From: Candidatus Dojkabacteria bacterium
GTDB taxonomy: Bacteria; Patescibacteriota; Dojkabacteria; JAHIVN01
DNA: 64,000 nt
Assembly (NCBI GenBank): GCA_016932045.1
Contig: JAFGDO010000023.1
Span: forward strand, 42,337-106,336
Direction of reading: 5' to 3'
Position 1 is the stretch's first letter. Each line of letters starts with the position of its first letter. The notes beneath the pieces were generated by a model. It did not search any database. It had not been told where the DNA came from and saw only the letters and a list, made by a program, of their open reading frames with translations. A program made the translations under genes and the position numbers. Of this stretch, positions 49,663-59,800 are shown piece by piece.

Positions 49663-51738
49663 TTGAAAATATTTCTCTTAATTTGTATTATAGTAAGTAG
49701 TTATTTATTCTTTTTTGCGGAGTTTTTGAAGAAAAGAAACATTTTAGACAAAATATATAAGTACTATTCTTTAGTGATTTTGCTGGTGACCTCCCTATCT
49801 GTCCTTTGTGTAAGCCTCCTTGGTTACGCGATAATAATGTATCCTGTATCAATCAGCAAAGTGGAAGAGATAAAGAGGCATGTTATAGAGTTGCCGTTAA
49901 CAGGTGAGGGAGATCTATACCGTGCTTTTGTTACCTCACAGGAATATACAGCTAATTTAGGGGGTTTGTCAGGGGCTGATCAGAAGTGTAATGATCGGGC
50001 ACATAGTGAGAATTTATGCGGAGATTATCGTGCGTGGCTGAGTACAAGTAATGCTGATGCCAGAAATAGAGTAAGAGATACAGCATACTACACTGTGGGT
50101 GGCAGGGGCTATGAGTACAAGATTTGTGATGGCATAGCAGATCTTACAGATGGTACACTCGATAACACTCTAGCTATTGATGAAAGTGGGGAGCCTAAGC
50201 CGGTGTCCGGTCCTGGTCCATATGAGTGGTTATTTACTTGGACTGGTACAGTCCCAGATGGGACTAAGTTTGGAACTTCACCGGTTGATTTCTGTAATGA
50301 TTGGAGTGGCATAGTAGACAATGCTCTGGTAGGGTACGCTCTTTCACAGTCCGTTGAATGGACAAATGATGAGGTTCATATTTGTGAAAGAGAACATGCT
50401 CTTTACTGCTTTGAGTATAGGAAAGATGGTGATTGTGATGGCTATTTCAGGGAGGATAATGACTGCAATGATACAAATTCAACGATATATCCAGGTGCTC
50501 CAGAGCTATGTGACGGCTTTGATAATAATTGCGACGGGGCTATCCCTTCAAATGAAAATGATGGTGATGGTGATGGGTATAGGATATGTGCAGGCGATTG
50601 TAACGATAATGATTTATACATCCATCCTGGAGCTTCGGAGAGATGTAATGGTGTAGATGACAACTGTGATGGAAATATTCCTGCGAGTGAAGCAGATAAT
50701 GATGGGGATGCATGTAGGGTATGTGATGGTGATTGTGATGATAATGATGTAACTGTAAGTACTACGGCATCTGAGGTTTGTGATAATAAGGATAATGATT
50801 GTGATGGAGTAAAGGATGACAATCTGATAAGGAACTGTGGGAGCGAAACTGGTATATGTACAATAGGAAGTGAAAAGTGTGTAAACGGTGTTTGGGGCAA
50901 TTGTGATGGCGTTCAGCCTCAGCAGGAGATTTGTGATGGGCTTGATAATGATTGTGATGGTAGAACTGATGAAGGATGTACTTGTACTCCGGGAAATGCT
51001 CAGTCATGTGGAAGTAGTACAGGGGCATGTAAAAGCGGTACTCAGGTCTGTGAAAGCGGAGGGGTATGGGGTAAATGTACGGGTGCCCAAGGACCAAGTA
51101 CAGAAATTTGCGATGGTATTGATAATGATTGTGATGGAAGTACAGATGAGAATTTAAGTAGGACATGCGGGGCGAATATTGGTCTATGTAAACAGGGCGT
51201 TCAGTACTGTGAAAATGGCAGCTGGGGCGAGTGTAAAGGAGGTGTAGAACCAGAGGATGAAAAGTGTGATAATGAAGATAATGACTGTGATGGTACTGTC
51301 GATGAGGGTTGTGAATGTCCGGCAAATGAACAGAGAAGCTGCGGCGTTGATATGGGAGAGTGTGGCAAGGGGTTGCAGAAGTGCGTTGAAGGTATCTGGA
51401 GCAAATGTATTGGAGCACAAGAGCCAACTGATGAGGTTTGTGATGATCTTGATAATGATTGTGATGGTGAAGTTGACGAAGGATATGTTTGTGAAGAGGA
51501 AGAGGCTCAACAAGAAGTATCAGAAGGTATTCAGGATCAAGAAGGTGAAAGTAAGGAGGAACAGGGTGTCGGCTCTGAGTTAATAATCGTTGCACTCATT
51601 GTTGTACTAATGGTTCCCCTTGCTATATTTGTTTTTTATCAGTATATGAAGGCAAGAAGAAAAGGTGCTGTAAGCAAACCGAGGAGAAAGGTTAAGGAAC
51701 CCAGGATCCCAGAATCTTTAAGAAGTCCTCTTGGATAA
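49663..51738 (+). CDS. surface protein: N-terminal TM/signal, DUF1554-like domain, about 10 tandem MopE-type Cys-rich repeats (C-D-G-x-D-N-D-C-D-G), acidic stretch, C-terminal TM anchor
   Basis: FVTSQEYTANLGGLSGADQKCN ... YRAWLSTS ... DLTDGTL matches the DUF1554 pattern; repeats CDGFDNNCDG / CDGLDNDCDGRTDEGC and similar; C-terminal helix IIVALIVVLMVPLAIFVFYQY followed by a basic tail. Confidence 0.7.
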   Translation: MKIFLLICIIVSSYLFFFAEFLKKRNILDKIYKYYSLVILLVTSLSVLCVSLLGYAIIMYPVSISKVEEIKRHVIELPLTGEGDLYRAFVTSQEYTANLGGLSGADQKCNDRAHSENLCGDYRAWLSTSNADARNRVRDTAYYTVGGRGYEYKICDGIADLTDGTLDNTLAIDESGEPKPVSGPGPYEWLFTWTGTVPDGTKFGTSPVDFCNDWSGIVDNALVGYALSQSVEWTNDEVHICEREHALYCFEYRKDGDCDGYFREDNDCNDTNSTIYPGAPELCDGFDNNCDGAIPSNENDGDGDGYRICAGDCNDNDLYIHPGASERCNGVDDNCDGNIPASEADNDGDACRVCDGDCDDNDVTVSTTASEVCDNKDNDCDGVKDDNLIRNCGSETGICTIGSEKCVNGVWGNCDGVQPQQEICDGLDNDCDGRTDEGCTCTPGNAQSCGSSTGACKSGTQVCESGGVWGKCTGAQGPSTEICDGIDNDCDGSTDENLSRTCGANIGLCKQGVQYCENGSWGECKGGVEPEDEKCDNEDNDCDGTVDEGCECPANEQRSCGVDMGECGKGLQKCVEGIWSKCIGAQEPTDEVCDDLDNDCDGEVDEGYVCEEEEAQQEVSEGIQDQEGESKEEQGVGSELIIVALIVVLMVPLAIFVFYQYMKARRKGAVSKPRRKVKEPRIPESLRSPLG
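50440..51490 (+). repeat. degenerate tandem DNA repeats encoding the Cys-rich motif array
   Basis: Recurrent TGTGATGG ... GATAATGATTGTGATGG units; the repeats leave several alternative frames open on both strands as artefacts. Confidence 0.5.
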
Positions 51739-52299
51739 GTGTTTTTCCTATTTAGCTTAGTTATATAAGTACTTCGAATGCATTTTCTAGAAGGTTTTAT
51801 CTTATGGTATTTATGGCAGATAGAAGTATATTCATTTCATAGGTCATCAAGACTGATTTTTGAAAATTTGTGCATTCTATACTCATTTTCAGCAAGGCTA
51901 ATGAGATTTTTCATACTGTTCTTGGGTATGTAATTGATATAATATTTAGAGAGGAAGCCTCTCGGCCTTCAAGGTTAAAATATACATACTTCCACGAATA
52001 GTAGTAGATATCTGTTGTGGGATGAGGGTATAAGTGATTATAAAATTTCTACGAGTAATGATTATGTACAATGTGAATGTTACCTTCCTGGTACGTTAAT
52101 AGAATCGGAATAATAAAAACATATCAAAATAAGTGATGCATATTATGAAATTTGCCTAACAAAAAATATTGATAATTAATAGTGATGCTATTTCCTCTTA
52201 TATTTTGTTAATTATTCGCTTATGATTAACGCAAAGTTCACTAAAGATATATACAGGCAATATTGATGATATACAGATATGTAGATTGTTTTCGTATCT

Positions 52300-53037
52300 T
52301 TGTGTGATATAATTAAAAAACTTAAGTTTATAATGTTATTTGAATCTATGTTTTATATTGATCCTTTGTACATATTACTTGCTTTACCAGCTTTACTAGT
52401 AGGCTTGTGTGCTCAGATCCTTGTAAGGTATTTCTATTCTAAATACTCAAATGTTGGAAACAGTGCAAATATTAGTGGAGTTGAAGTAGTCGAAAGACTG
52501 GCAAGAGAGCATGGTTTGAATATTAAACTAAACGTATCAATTGCGGAACTTTCCGATCATTATAATCCGCTACGAAGCGAGCTAACCCTTTCTGATAAAG
52601 TAGCACGCTTCCCTAGTGTCGCTTCTGTTGGCATTGCAGCTCATGAGATGGGGCATGCTTTGCAGCATCAAAAAAGTGCTATCCTCATGACTGTCCGCAA
52701 CTTCATGATCCCAGTCGTAAATATAGGTTCAACATTGGGTTACATCATATTTATATTAGGACTAACTCTTCAATTTTTTGAAGTTGCTATGATTGGTATA
52801 GCTATCTTTTCACTTTCGACTTTATTTACAATCATTACTCTACCTATTGAAATCGATGCCAGTATAAAAGCTTTGCGTATGATAAGGAAGATGGAGTTGT
52901 TTTCAGAGTATGATATTGCCGGTATAAAGAATGTCCTTATTGCTGCAGCATTAACCTATGTAGCTGCTGTAATGCAGTCCTTGTCGATATTATTCTACTA
53001 CATTCTTAGAGCTTTTGGGATGAGGAAGAGAAGGTAG
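52300..53037 (+). CDS. membrane-associated zinc metallopeptidase (YugP / Zn_peptidase_2-like); real start probably at an internal Met near 52333
   Basis: HExxH motif AAHEMGHALQH with flanking hydrophobic helices; 245 aa. Confidence 0.75.
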   Translation: MCDIIKKLKFIMLFESMFYIDPLYILLALPALLVGLCAQILVRYFYSKYSNVGNSANISGVEVVERLAREHGLNIKLNVSIAELSDHYNPLRSELTLSDKVARFPSVASVGIAAHEMGHALQHQKSAILMTVRNFMIPVVNIGSTLGYIIFILGLTLQFFEVAMIGIAIFSLSTLFTIITLPIEIDASIKALRMIRKMELFSEYDIAGIKNVLIAAALTYVAAVMQSLSILFYYILRAFGMRKRR

Positions 53038-53083
53038 GAAAAAGGTAGAAAGTAGAAGGTATCAGGTAGGAAATTGCTTTTAT

Positions 53084-53117
53084 GCAAAAAAATCCGCCAG
53101 AGGCGGATTTTTTTTAT
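53084..53117. terminator. bidirectional Rho-independent terminator shared by the peptidase gene (+) and rnpB (-)
   Basis: A7-ATCCGCC-aga-GGCGGAT-T8; U-tract on both strands. Confidence 0.6.
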
Positions 53118-53728
53118 ACTAACCAATCAATAAGCCGGATTCTGTTCCTTCGACAAGCTCAGGACAAGTCCCTTGCAAGTCTTGGGTGATAACCATTTCT
53201 CTATGCAAAAATTATCTCCATGAATTACGTAAATTCGAGGAAATAATCTACATTTCTATTATCCTTAGGTAGACTTAGGACAAGTCCTTCGACTACGCTC
53301 AGGATCTTCGAATGCGGTGAATTTTTCCACCTTGCTGCAGACAGGGGTTACCTAGCACCCTTCAATTACTCTCAGGGCCGGTGGGCTCTTACCCCGTGAG
53401 AACATGACAAGTCATGTTCCTACCTTTTCACCCTTACCCTTCTACACTTCGACTACGCTCAGTGCTCAGGGCGGTTTGTTTCTGTGGCCCGACCTCGCTA
53501 AAGCTACGTTGGGCAAGCCCAATAAGCTTTAACAAAATCCTCAGTTCAGTTCTCAAAGAACTAAATCTAGAGTTTTATCCCAGAGATCGCTCCCTGCCAG
53601 CTCTCGCTGGTGTCACTTTCTGTCTCAGAGCGAGTCCTTCGACAGGCTCAGGACAGGCAGTCCGGACTTTCCTCCACGTAAAATCACGTTTTGCGTGATC
53701 ACGTGGTAGTTATCTAGATTGGTTAGCA
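53118..53728 (-). ncRNA. rnpB: RNase P RNA (bacterial type, unusually long, about 610 nt)
   Basis: On the minus strand, in canonical order: P4 5' strand GGAGGAAAGTCCGGACT; ACAGAAACAAACCGCC (P8/P9 block); AGGGTAAGGGTGAAAAGG ... GGTAAGAGCCCACCGG (P10-12 block); CAGCAAGG; P4 3' strand ACAGAATCCGGCTTA. The 10-bp terminal helix CTAACCAATC / GATTGGTTAG is P1. The locus is GC-rich and has no credible ORF. Confidence 0.8.
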
Positions 53729-53733
53729 GTTTA

Positions 53734-53739
53734 ATTATA
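53734..53739 (-). promoter_or_regulatory. -10 element (TATAAT) positioned about 8 nt upstream of the rnpB 5' end
   Basis: Minus-strand TATAAT, with a weak -35-like TAGAAA 17-18 nt further upstream. Confidence 0.3.
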
Positions 53740-53779
53740 TCATATTAAATAGGCTGTTTTCTACGAAAGCGAAGAGAGT

Positions 53780-54046
53780 TTACATATAGGAAGTAACAAG
53801 TTGATTAAACAACTGTGCTGCTGATGGCCATTCACCGGTGTTAGAGTAAGTGTCCATAGCGATTTTTGCTGCAGCAATATCATGTTCATTAGCATTGGTT
53901 CTTGAAACTACCTGTTGGTAGATTTCCGGAAGTTCAGTATCAGGACTCTTGGATTGTACCAATGCATCGGCTAGTTGTTCTGCAACTACAAGTCCATTTT
54001 GTGCAGCTGCCATTACTGTTGTTATTTCTACGGCTTCTTGTTCCAT
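53780..54046 (-). CDS. small acidic hypothetical protein (start at MEQEAV)
   Basis: 88 aa, Ala/Gln-rich helical sequence, no recognisable motif; track ORF extends to 54085. Confidence 0.4.
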   Translation of the reverse strand: MEQEAVEITTVMAAAQNGLVVAEQLADALVQSKSPDTELPEIYQQVVSRTNANEHDIAAAKIAMDTYSNTGEWPSAAQLFNQLVTSYM

Positions 54047-54367
54047 TGTATTACCTGTAATTACATCTAAACTTATACAGCACAAAGATTATATCACCGG
54101 TATATAGTATCTTCAAGTCAAATTTGTTATTATCTACCTTATATTATTAGTTGACAATAGCAGCAAGACCCCTACGTTGTGGACTTAATTAGAACATTTA
54201 AAAATAGTTACATATCCTATAACGCATAAATTATTTAAAAGTTACAATTAAAATATGCTGTTTTACAAATACCTGGTACTCTTGTAAAATCAAATAAGGC
54301 TAAGGGTTAAAAGCGAGAATTGAACCTTCTGCTTTATCCTTTACTTTATACTTTTTACCTTTAGTTC

Positions 54368-55831
54368 ATGGTTAGAACACGTTTTGCACCAAGTCCAACG
54401 GGATTTTTGCATATCGGAGGTGTTCGCACAGCTTTGTACAGCTACGCTCTTGCCAGAAAGCATAAAGGTGCATTTGTTCTGCGTATTGAGGATACAGATA
54501 AAAAGCGTGAGATAGAAGGTGGAATAAAGAATATTGTTGATGGACTAAAGGTCTTTGGTATGAAGTTTGATGAAGGACCTGGAATAGAAGGACCTTACAA
54601 GCCATATATTCAATCAAAAAGGCTTAAAATATACCAAGAAAAAGCCCAAGAGCTTATTGATAAAGGAAAAGCTTATTACTGTTTCTGTAGTGAGGAGAGG
54701 CTAAAGAAACTCCGAGAAAGTCAGCAAAAAGCCAAAAAACAGCCTAAATATGATGGCAAATGCAGAGAGATCAAAAAGGCAGAAGCTGAAAAGAGAATTA
54801 AGAATGGAGAGAAGTTTGTTATTCGATTAAAAGTTCCAAGAGGTGAGAAATTAATTCTTGAAGATGTACTTCTTGGTAAGGTAAGCTGGAACAGTAATGA
54901 TGTTGATGATCAGGTTTTGCTTAAAAGCGACAGTTTTCCTACATATCATCTTGCTGTTGTAGTCGATGATGTTCTTATGAAAATCAGCCATATAACAAGG
55001 GGTATTGAATGGTTGGCAAGTGTTCCCAAGCACATTCTTTTATACAAGGCATTTGATTATAAATTCCCAGTAACAGCACATATGCCTGTAATTCTTGATC
55101 CAGATGGAGGAAAATTATCAAAGAGAAAAGGTGCTGTTGCAGTTAATGAATTCCTTGAGCAAGGGTATCTTCCGGAAGCGACATTAAATTTTCTTATGCT
55201 ACTTGGTTGGGCACCGAAAGATGATAGAGAATTCTTTTCGCTTTCTGAATTTGTGAAAGAATTCAGCATGGAAAGGCTCAATAAAGCGAGCCCGGTTTTT
55301 GATCGCCAGAAATTGCTTTGGTTCAATGGTGAATATATTCGAAAGCTATCCAAAAAAGGATTTGAAGTGAAATTCCTAACTTGGGCAAAGAAATATCTTA
55401 AAGACAAGAAGTTATTAAAACAACTCACCGATGATGAAGAACTAGTCAAAAAGTTGGAGCTTATTCAGGAACGTGTTTCCGTTCTTAGTGAGATTCCAAA
55501 TCAACTAGAATTCTTCTATGAGAATATGCATGCTCCAAATCCTAAAGAGATCAAAGGAGTAAAGCGGTATGAAAAAGAAGATTACGTGAAGGTTGTATCC
55601 GAATATGCTGAGATTATTCGATCGTATGAAGAAGATTCTTCTAAATGGAAACATGAAAAGTGGGAGGAAGATATCCGTTCACTTGCTGACAAATACAGCT
55701 GGAAACATGGCGATATGTTTATGATGATACGTCTTGTAATTTGCGGAAGCCCTGTTTCTCCTCCCCTTTTTGAAAGCATGGTGATACTTGGAAAAGATGA
55801 GATTATTCGTAGATTAGGAGAGTATAAGTAG
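54368..55831 (+). CDS. gltX: glutamyl-tRNA synthetase
   Basis: HIGH motif PSPTGFLHIGG, KMSKS-equivalent KLSKRKG, class I catalytic core, 487 aa. Confidence 0.9.
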   Translation: MVRTRFAPSPTGFLHIGGVRTALYSYALARKHKGAFVLRIEDTDKKREIEGGIKNIVDGLKVFGMKFDEGPGIEGPYKPYIQSKRLKIYQEKAQELIDKGKAYYCFCSEERLKKLRESQQKAKKQPKYDGKCREIKKAEAEKRIKNGEKFVIRLKVPRGEKLILEDVLLGKVSWNSNDVDDQVLLKSDSFPTYHLAVVVDDVLMKISHITRGIEWLASVPKHILLYKAFDYKFPVTAHMPVILDPDGGKLSKRKGAVAVNEFLEQGYLPEATLNFLMLLGWAPKDDREFFSLSEFVKEFSMERLNKASPVFDRQKLLWFNGEYIRKLSKKGFEVKFLTWAKKYLKDKKLLKQLTDDEELVKKLELIQERVSVLSEIPNQLEFFYENMHAPNPKEIKGVKRYEKEDYVKVVSEYAEIIRSYEEDSSKWKHEKWEEDIRSLADKYSWKHGDMFMMIRLVICGSPVSPPLFESMVILGKDEIIRRLGEYK

Positions 55832-55854
55832 TTTTACTTTTATATGGCTATATT

Positions 55855-57879
55855 GTGATATGGTTGTATGTTTTGTGGAATATACGAGTTGAATTTATTA
55901 GTTTGATTGCTTCTATGAACCGTTTTTCTTTTCTTCTAAAAATCGCCGTTTTCATTACACTATTGTATTGCTTTATTTTTATAGGGCCTTCTAGAATTAA
56001 TGCTAATTTGGCAGCAGAAAGCGTTTATGACGTGAACATAAATGTTTCTGGAGAAGGAGAAATGGAATTTGAGTATTTTATACATCTGATAAATAAAAGT
56101 GATGGCTTTTTCATCCGTGACTATTCGCTTATTATTGATCAGAAAGAAGTAATTGACTTAAAAGTTATGGAAAATGGGCAGGGGGTTGATTTTAGAAAAG
56201 AGCATTTCAATGGAAATATTCGTGTTAAAATTCATCTAAACAAACAATTAGTTTATAAAGAAGAGAGTACCGATATCTATGTAAGATACAAAACACGTGA
56301 TCTTTATAAGAAAGACGGACTTGTTTCTAAAATTTATATCCCTCAAATAAAAACAGAAGAATCGCTACAGGATGCTAACTTTACTGTGACAATTCCAGAC
56401 TCTCTTGGTGAAATAAGCTATGTTTCAATGCAAGAAATATCCTTAGAATCTCAAGGTGAACAGAAAGTAATGAAATACCCTCAGAAGGAAGCTCCACAGG
56501 GGTTACTTTTGATGTTCGGCCAGGTCCAACAATTTGAATTTATATATTCGTATAAACTGCAAAATAATAAAGGTGCTATGAGAAGGTATACAATTACACT
56601 TCCACCTGATAGCTCCTTTCAGACGAGTTATTTTATTGACGCCTCTATACTTCCCGAAAGAACTTTTAGTGACAAAGACGGGAATATAATAGTTGAATAT
56701 TTGTTAAACTCTGGAGAAGAGAAGGATGTAAGAATTGTTGGCTTTACTCGATTTACTCCGTTAAGTGAAACACAAACGATAGAGGATGAGGTTTTAGATA
56801 AATATTTGACCGAAACTGGAACCTGGGATTTCTCAAAGCAAAGTATTGATGAACTGTTAAATAAAATTACACGAAGTGATTATCTTCCAAAGGAGAACGC
56901 AAGGTTTATATATGACTATTTAGTTACAAATTATAAGTATCTACCAGAGGATGGGAGTAGAAAGAAAGTATCGGATCTGATAGTTAATGATGATGGACTA
57001 ACGTGTGAAAATTTCTCAGATGTATTTGTAGCTTTATCAAGAGGGGCAGGGATCCCTTCAAGAAGTGTAGTCGGTTTTTCTATGTTAAAAGAAAATCTTT
57101 CGTCTCTTCATTATTGGGCTGAGTTCTATGATTCAAGGAGCAAGAGATGGATTGGAGTTGATCCTTGTTTTGCTGCAAAGTTGAACTATTCGTACTTTGA
57201 TACCTTGGACGCGAACCGTGTGGTTCTGGCCTATAGAGGACTCAGCGATTCTAGTCCTGAAGTAATTGTCCCTTTTTCTGATTTTCAAGGATTAAATGGA
57301 GATCAACTTGAAATTACAGCATCTTCATATAATTATTTAGGGAAGGATAACTGGGTTGATTTTTCTTTTGTAGTTGGAAAGCCGGATTTGTTTTTCCAAC
57401 AGATACCTCTTACGTTAAAGCTTAGAAATAATTCAATGAACATACTAAGAATTGATGAAATATTGGTTGACCATGACCAAGTAAAGCTTGTAACAAGACA
57501 CACTGAAGATGATTTTCAGGAGGCTGTATTTCCTGATCAAGAGACAGATTTTCTAGTATATCTCTCAAATCTTTCAGGGATTCCTGTAGAAAGAATAGAG
57601 AATCATGAACTTGAAGTACTTGCAGACTATGGAGGATTAAAGTTCGATGAAAAAAGAGAATTTGAGATAAATCGTCCTTTTACTTATCTACATGCTTTAT
57701 CGTGGTTTATGGCTTTAGCTATGGCCTGTATAACCTTAGCTGTCTTTTTTCTAGCCTTGAAAAAGATACGCGACAGCAACATTCCATATGGAGACAAGGT
57801 TAAAAGTTTAAAACAAAGATTGGGTTTAAAGAAATTTAAGATAAAAAAGTATAAGAATGTGCCCGTGGATTTGAGGTGA
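55855..57879 (+). CDS. transglutaminase-like (cysteine protease fold) membrane protein
   Basis: N-terminal and C-terminal TM helices; transglutaminase-core Cys motif DGLTCENFSDVFVALSRGAGIPSR with downstream His/Asp context. Confidence 0.75.
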   Translation: MIWLYVLWNIRVEFISLIASMNRFSFLLKIAVFITLLYCFIFIGPSRINANLAAESVYDVNINVSGEGEMEFEYFIHLINKSDGFFIRDYSLIIDQKEVIDLKVMENGQGVDFRKEHFNGNIRVKIHLNKQLVYKEESTDIYVRYKTRDLYKKDGLVSKIYIPQIKTEESLQDANFTVTIPDSLGEISYVSMQEISLESQGEQKVMKYPQKEAPQGLLLMFGQVQQFEFIYSYKLQNNKGAMRRYTITLPPDSSFQTSYFIDASILPERTFSDKDGNIIVEYLLNSGEEKDVRIVGFTRFTPLSETQTIEDEVLDKYLTETGTWDFSKQSIDELLNKITRSDYLPKENARFIYDYLVTNYKYLPEDGSRKKVSDLIVNDDGLTCENFSDVFVALSRGAGIPSRSVVGFSMLKENLSSLHYWAEFYDSRSKRWIGVDPCFAAKLNYSYFDTLDANRVVLAYRGLSDSSPEVIVPFSDFQGLNGDQLEITASSYNYLGKDNWVDFSFVVGKPDLFFQQIPLTLKLRNNSMNILRIDEILVDHDQVKLVTRHTEDDFQEAVFPDQETDFLVYLSNLSGIPVERIENHELEVLADYGGLKFDEKREFEINRPFTYLHALSWFMALAMACITLAVFFLALKKIRDSNIPYGDKVKSLKQRLGLKKFKIKKYKNVPVDLR

Positions 57880-57944
57880 GTAGTGATATTGTTGTATTGG
57901 CGTACTGCTATATTGTCGGATGGCTGGATGGTTGTATGGCTTTA

Positions 57945-57988
57945 AGCAGTCAGCTGAGAACTGGTGGCTGACTGCTACAGTATTTTCT
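57945..57988 (+). terminator. Rho-independent terminator after the transglutaminase-like gene
   Basis: Perfect 10-bp stem AGCAGTCAGC / GCTGACTGCT, 12-nt loop, then ACAGTATTTTCTTG. Confidence 0.5.
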
Positions 57989-58045
57989 TGAATCTTTAGG
58001 GAATTCTTGTTTTAATTAGAGTAGGTAAATTATAATTAGCAGAAT

Positions 58046-59800
58046 TTGGAACAAGAGATTGTAAAAGAAATAATTGTCATGTTTATGGTTGCTCTAGTTG
58101 GAGGTTTTATCGCTATTCGACTTAAGCAGCCAGCTCTTATTGGTTATCTTATAGGGGGTGTTGTCTTGTCATTGTTCTTTTCCAGTTTCATAAATGTTGA
58201 TATTTCCCGTGGTGTGGCGCAAATTGGAATTGCTCTGCTTCTTTTTACAACAGGGTTAGAATTCCCAATTTCAAAACTTCTTACAATTCGAAAAACAATA
58301 CTATTTGGGGCATTCCTCCAACTTTTATTTTTTGTGGGTTTGTCTACCTTTGTGTTCTCAAAGTTTAACTTTAGTAATTTTGAAGCACTATTTCTTTCAG
58401 CAGCATTCTCAAATAGTGCTACGGTTGTTGTATTAAAACTTCTTGAAAACGAAAAAATTGACATAAAAATCTCAGATAATATTGTAAGCTGGCTGATCCT
58501 TCAAGATATTGCTATGGTTGTCATTGCAGTAGTTATGCAGGCTCTTGTAGGAAATGGCAGCTTCTCTTCGTATGACATTCTTGAATCTATTGCCAAAAGT
58601 CTTGTGCTTATAATACTTGCCATTGTACTAGGTAGAACTTTAATTCCTCGAGTCTTTGAAGCTGTATCAAAACTTAATTCATTTGAGCTACTTCTAATTA
58701 TTTCTTTCGTCTTTTGTATGGGAGTTGCTTATTTTGCTGACATAATAGGCCTGTCATATACTCTTGGGGCTTTTCTTGCAGGAGTTATGATATCTGAAAG
58801 TTTTGTAAACCATGAAATATTTTCTGAGGTTCGACCTTTAAGAGATCTCTTTTCTGTTGTTTTTTATGTAACTCTTGGTACATTGCTTTCCCCCTCATTT
58901 CTTCTTGCAAATATTTTCAAAATAATTCTAGTTCTTGTTGGGTTATTTTTACTTAAATTTATAACAAGTTTTATAGTCATAGTTCTTCTTGAAAAACAAT
59001 CAAGGACGGCTTTTGTGGTCAGTATGATTCTAAATCAAGGAGGAGAGTTTACATTTATTCTTGCACAAATAGGATTTAATAACGGCTGGATAAGTGAAGA
59101 ATTTTATTCACTTAATTTAATTGTAAGTATTCTATCGCTACTTTTAACACCAGTTATCATTAAAAGGTCCTCAGACTGGTACGTTTGGATAAGAGAGTAT
59201 GTTCGTGCTAAAAGTCCTAAGTTATATAGGCTATTCTTTATCAGACTAGATCGAATTGTTGATATAGATCAGCCGGATATTTCGGATCATGTGGTAATTT
59301 GCGGCTTTGGAAGGGTGGGAACATATATTGGTCGGGCTCTTGAAAGGTCCAATGTACCATTTATAGTTATTGATTCAAATACTGAAACGATTGATTATTG
59401 CAAACAAAGAGGTATAAAAGTAGTTTTTGGAGACGCTTCAAATATAGATGTACTTGAAAAGGCAGATGTAGAGAGAGCAAAGGCCATAGTAATAGCTCTC
59501 CCGGAAGAAGGGGCGGTCGAGATTATTGCTTCTAATGCCCGTAGCCTAAATTCTTCTATAAAAATCATAGCACGAAGTCACACACCAATTGAAGATGGAA
59601 GGTTAAAATCAAAGGGCGTTACGATAACAGTTGAGCCTGAGTTTGAGGCAGCTGTATCGATATCAAAGAAAATATTGAACTTCTTTGGTAAGGGAGAATT
59701 GAATGTGGCGCAATATCTGAAAAAATCAAGGAGAAGGCAGAGGAGTAAGATTTATAATTCGAATATCAAAAAGGTTGAGGTAAAGCAAGTCAAGCCCTGA
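58046..59800 (+). CDS. CPA2-family (Kef-type) K+/H+ antiporter with C-terminal RCK/TrkA-N domain
   Basis: about 12 TM helices followed by Rossmann motif VVICGFGRVGTYIG. Confidence 0.85.
   Translation: MEQEIVKEIIVMFMVALVGGFIAIRLKQPALIGYLIGGVVLSLFFSSFINVDISRGVAQIGIALLLFTTGLEFPISKLLTIRKTILFGAFLQLLFFVGLSTFVFSKFNFSNFEALFLSAAFSNSATVVVLKLLENEKIDIKISDNIVSWLILQDIAMVVIAVVMQALVGNGSFSSYDILESIAKSLVLIILAIVLGRTLIPRVFEAVSKLNSFELLLIISFVFCMGVAYFADIIGLSYTLGAFLAGVMISESFVNHEIFSEVRPLRDLFSVVFYVTLGTLLSPSFLLANIFKIILVLVGLFLLKFITSFIVIVLLEKQSRTAFVVSMILNQGGEFTFILAQIGFNNGWISEEFYSLNLIVSILSLLLTPVIIKRSSDWYVWIREYVRAKSPKLYRLFFIRLDRIVDIDQPDISDHVVICGFGRVGTYIGRALERSNVPFIVIDSNTETIDYCKQRGIKVVFGDASNIDVLEKADVERAKAIVIALPEEGAVEIIASNARSLNSSIKIIARSHTPIEDGRLKSKGVTITVEPEFEAAVSISKKILNFFGKGELNVAQYLKKSRRRQRSKIYNSNIKKVEVKQVKP

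Noticed and set aside
50354-51595. Several long alternative-frame ORFs on both strands, including a 277-aa His/Tyr-rich minus-strand ORF
   Set aside because: These are frame artefacts of the tandem GAT/TGT-rich repeat DNA that encodes the MopE-like Cys repeats. The plus-strand 691-aa frame gives a coherent domain architecture.
53141-53670. Four spaced copies of CCTTCGAC-NNN-GCTCAGGAC in a GC-rich island, which initially looked like a small CRISPR array or MITE cluster
   Set aside because: Spacing is irregular (about 140, 160 and 190 nt) and no cas genes are present. The copies lie inside a region that carries every conserved RNase P RNA block in the correct order. They were interpreted as internal repeats of rnpB, not as CRISPR.
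53414-53698. 94-aa plus-strand ORF from the track
   Set aside because: It lies entirely within the minus-strand RNase P RNA. Its translation is low-complexity junk typical of GC-rich structured RNA.
54086-54367. Checked the gltX leader for a T-box riboswitch
   Set aside because: No AATTAGGGTGGNACCGCG-like T-box core or specifier-loop arrangement was found. The region contains only AT-rich promoter-like sequence.
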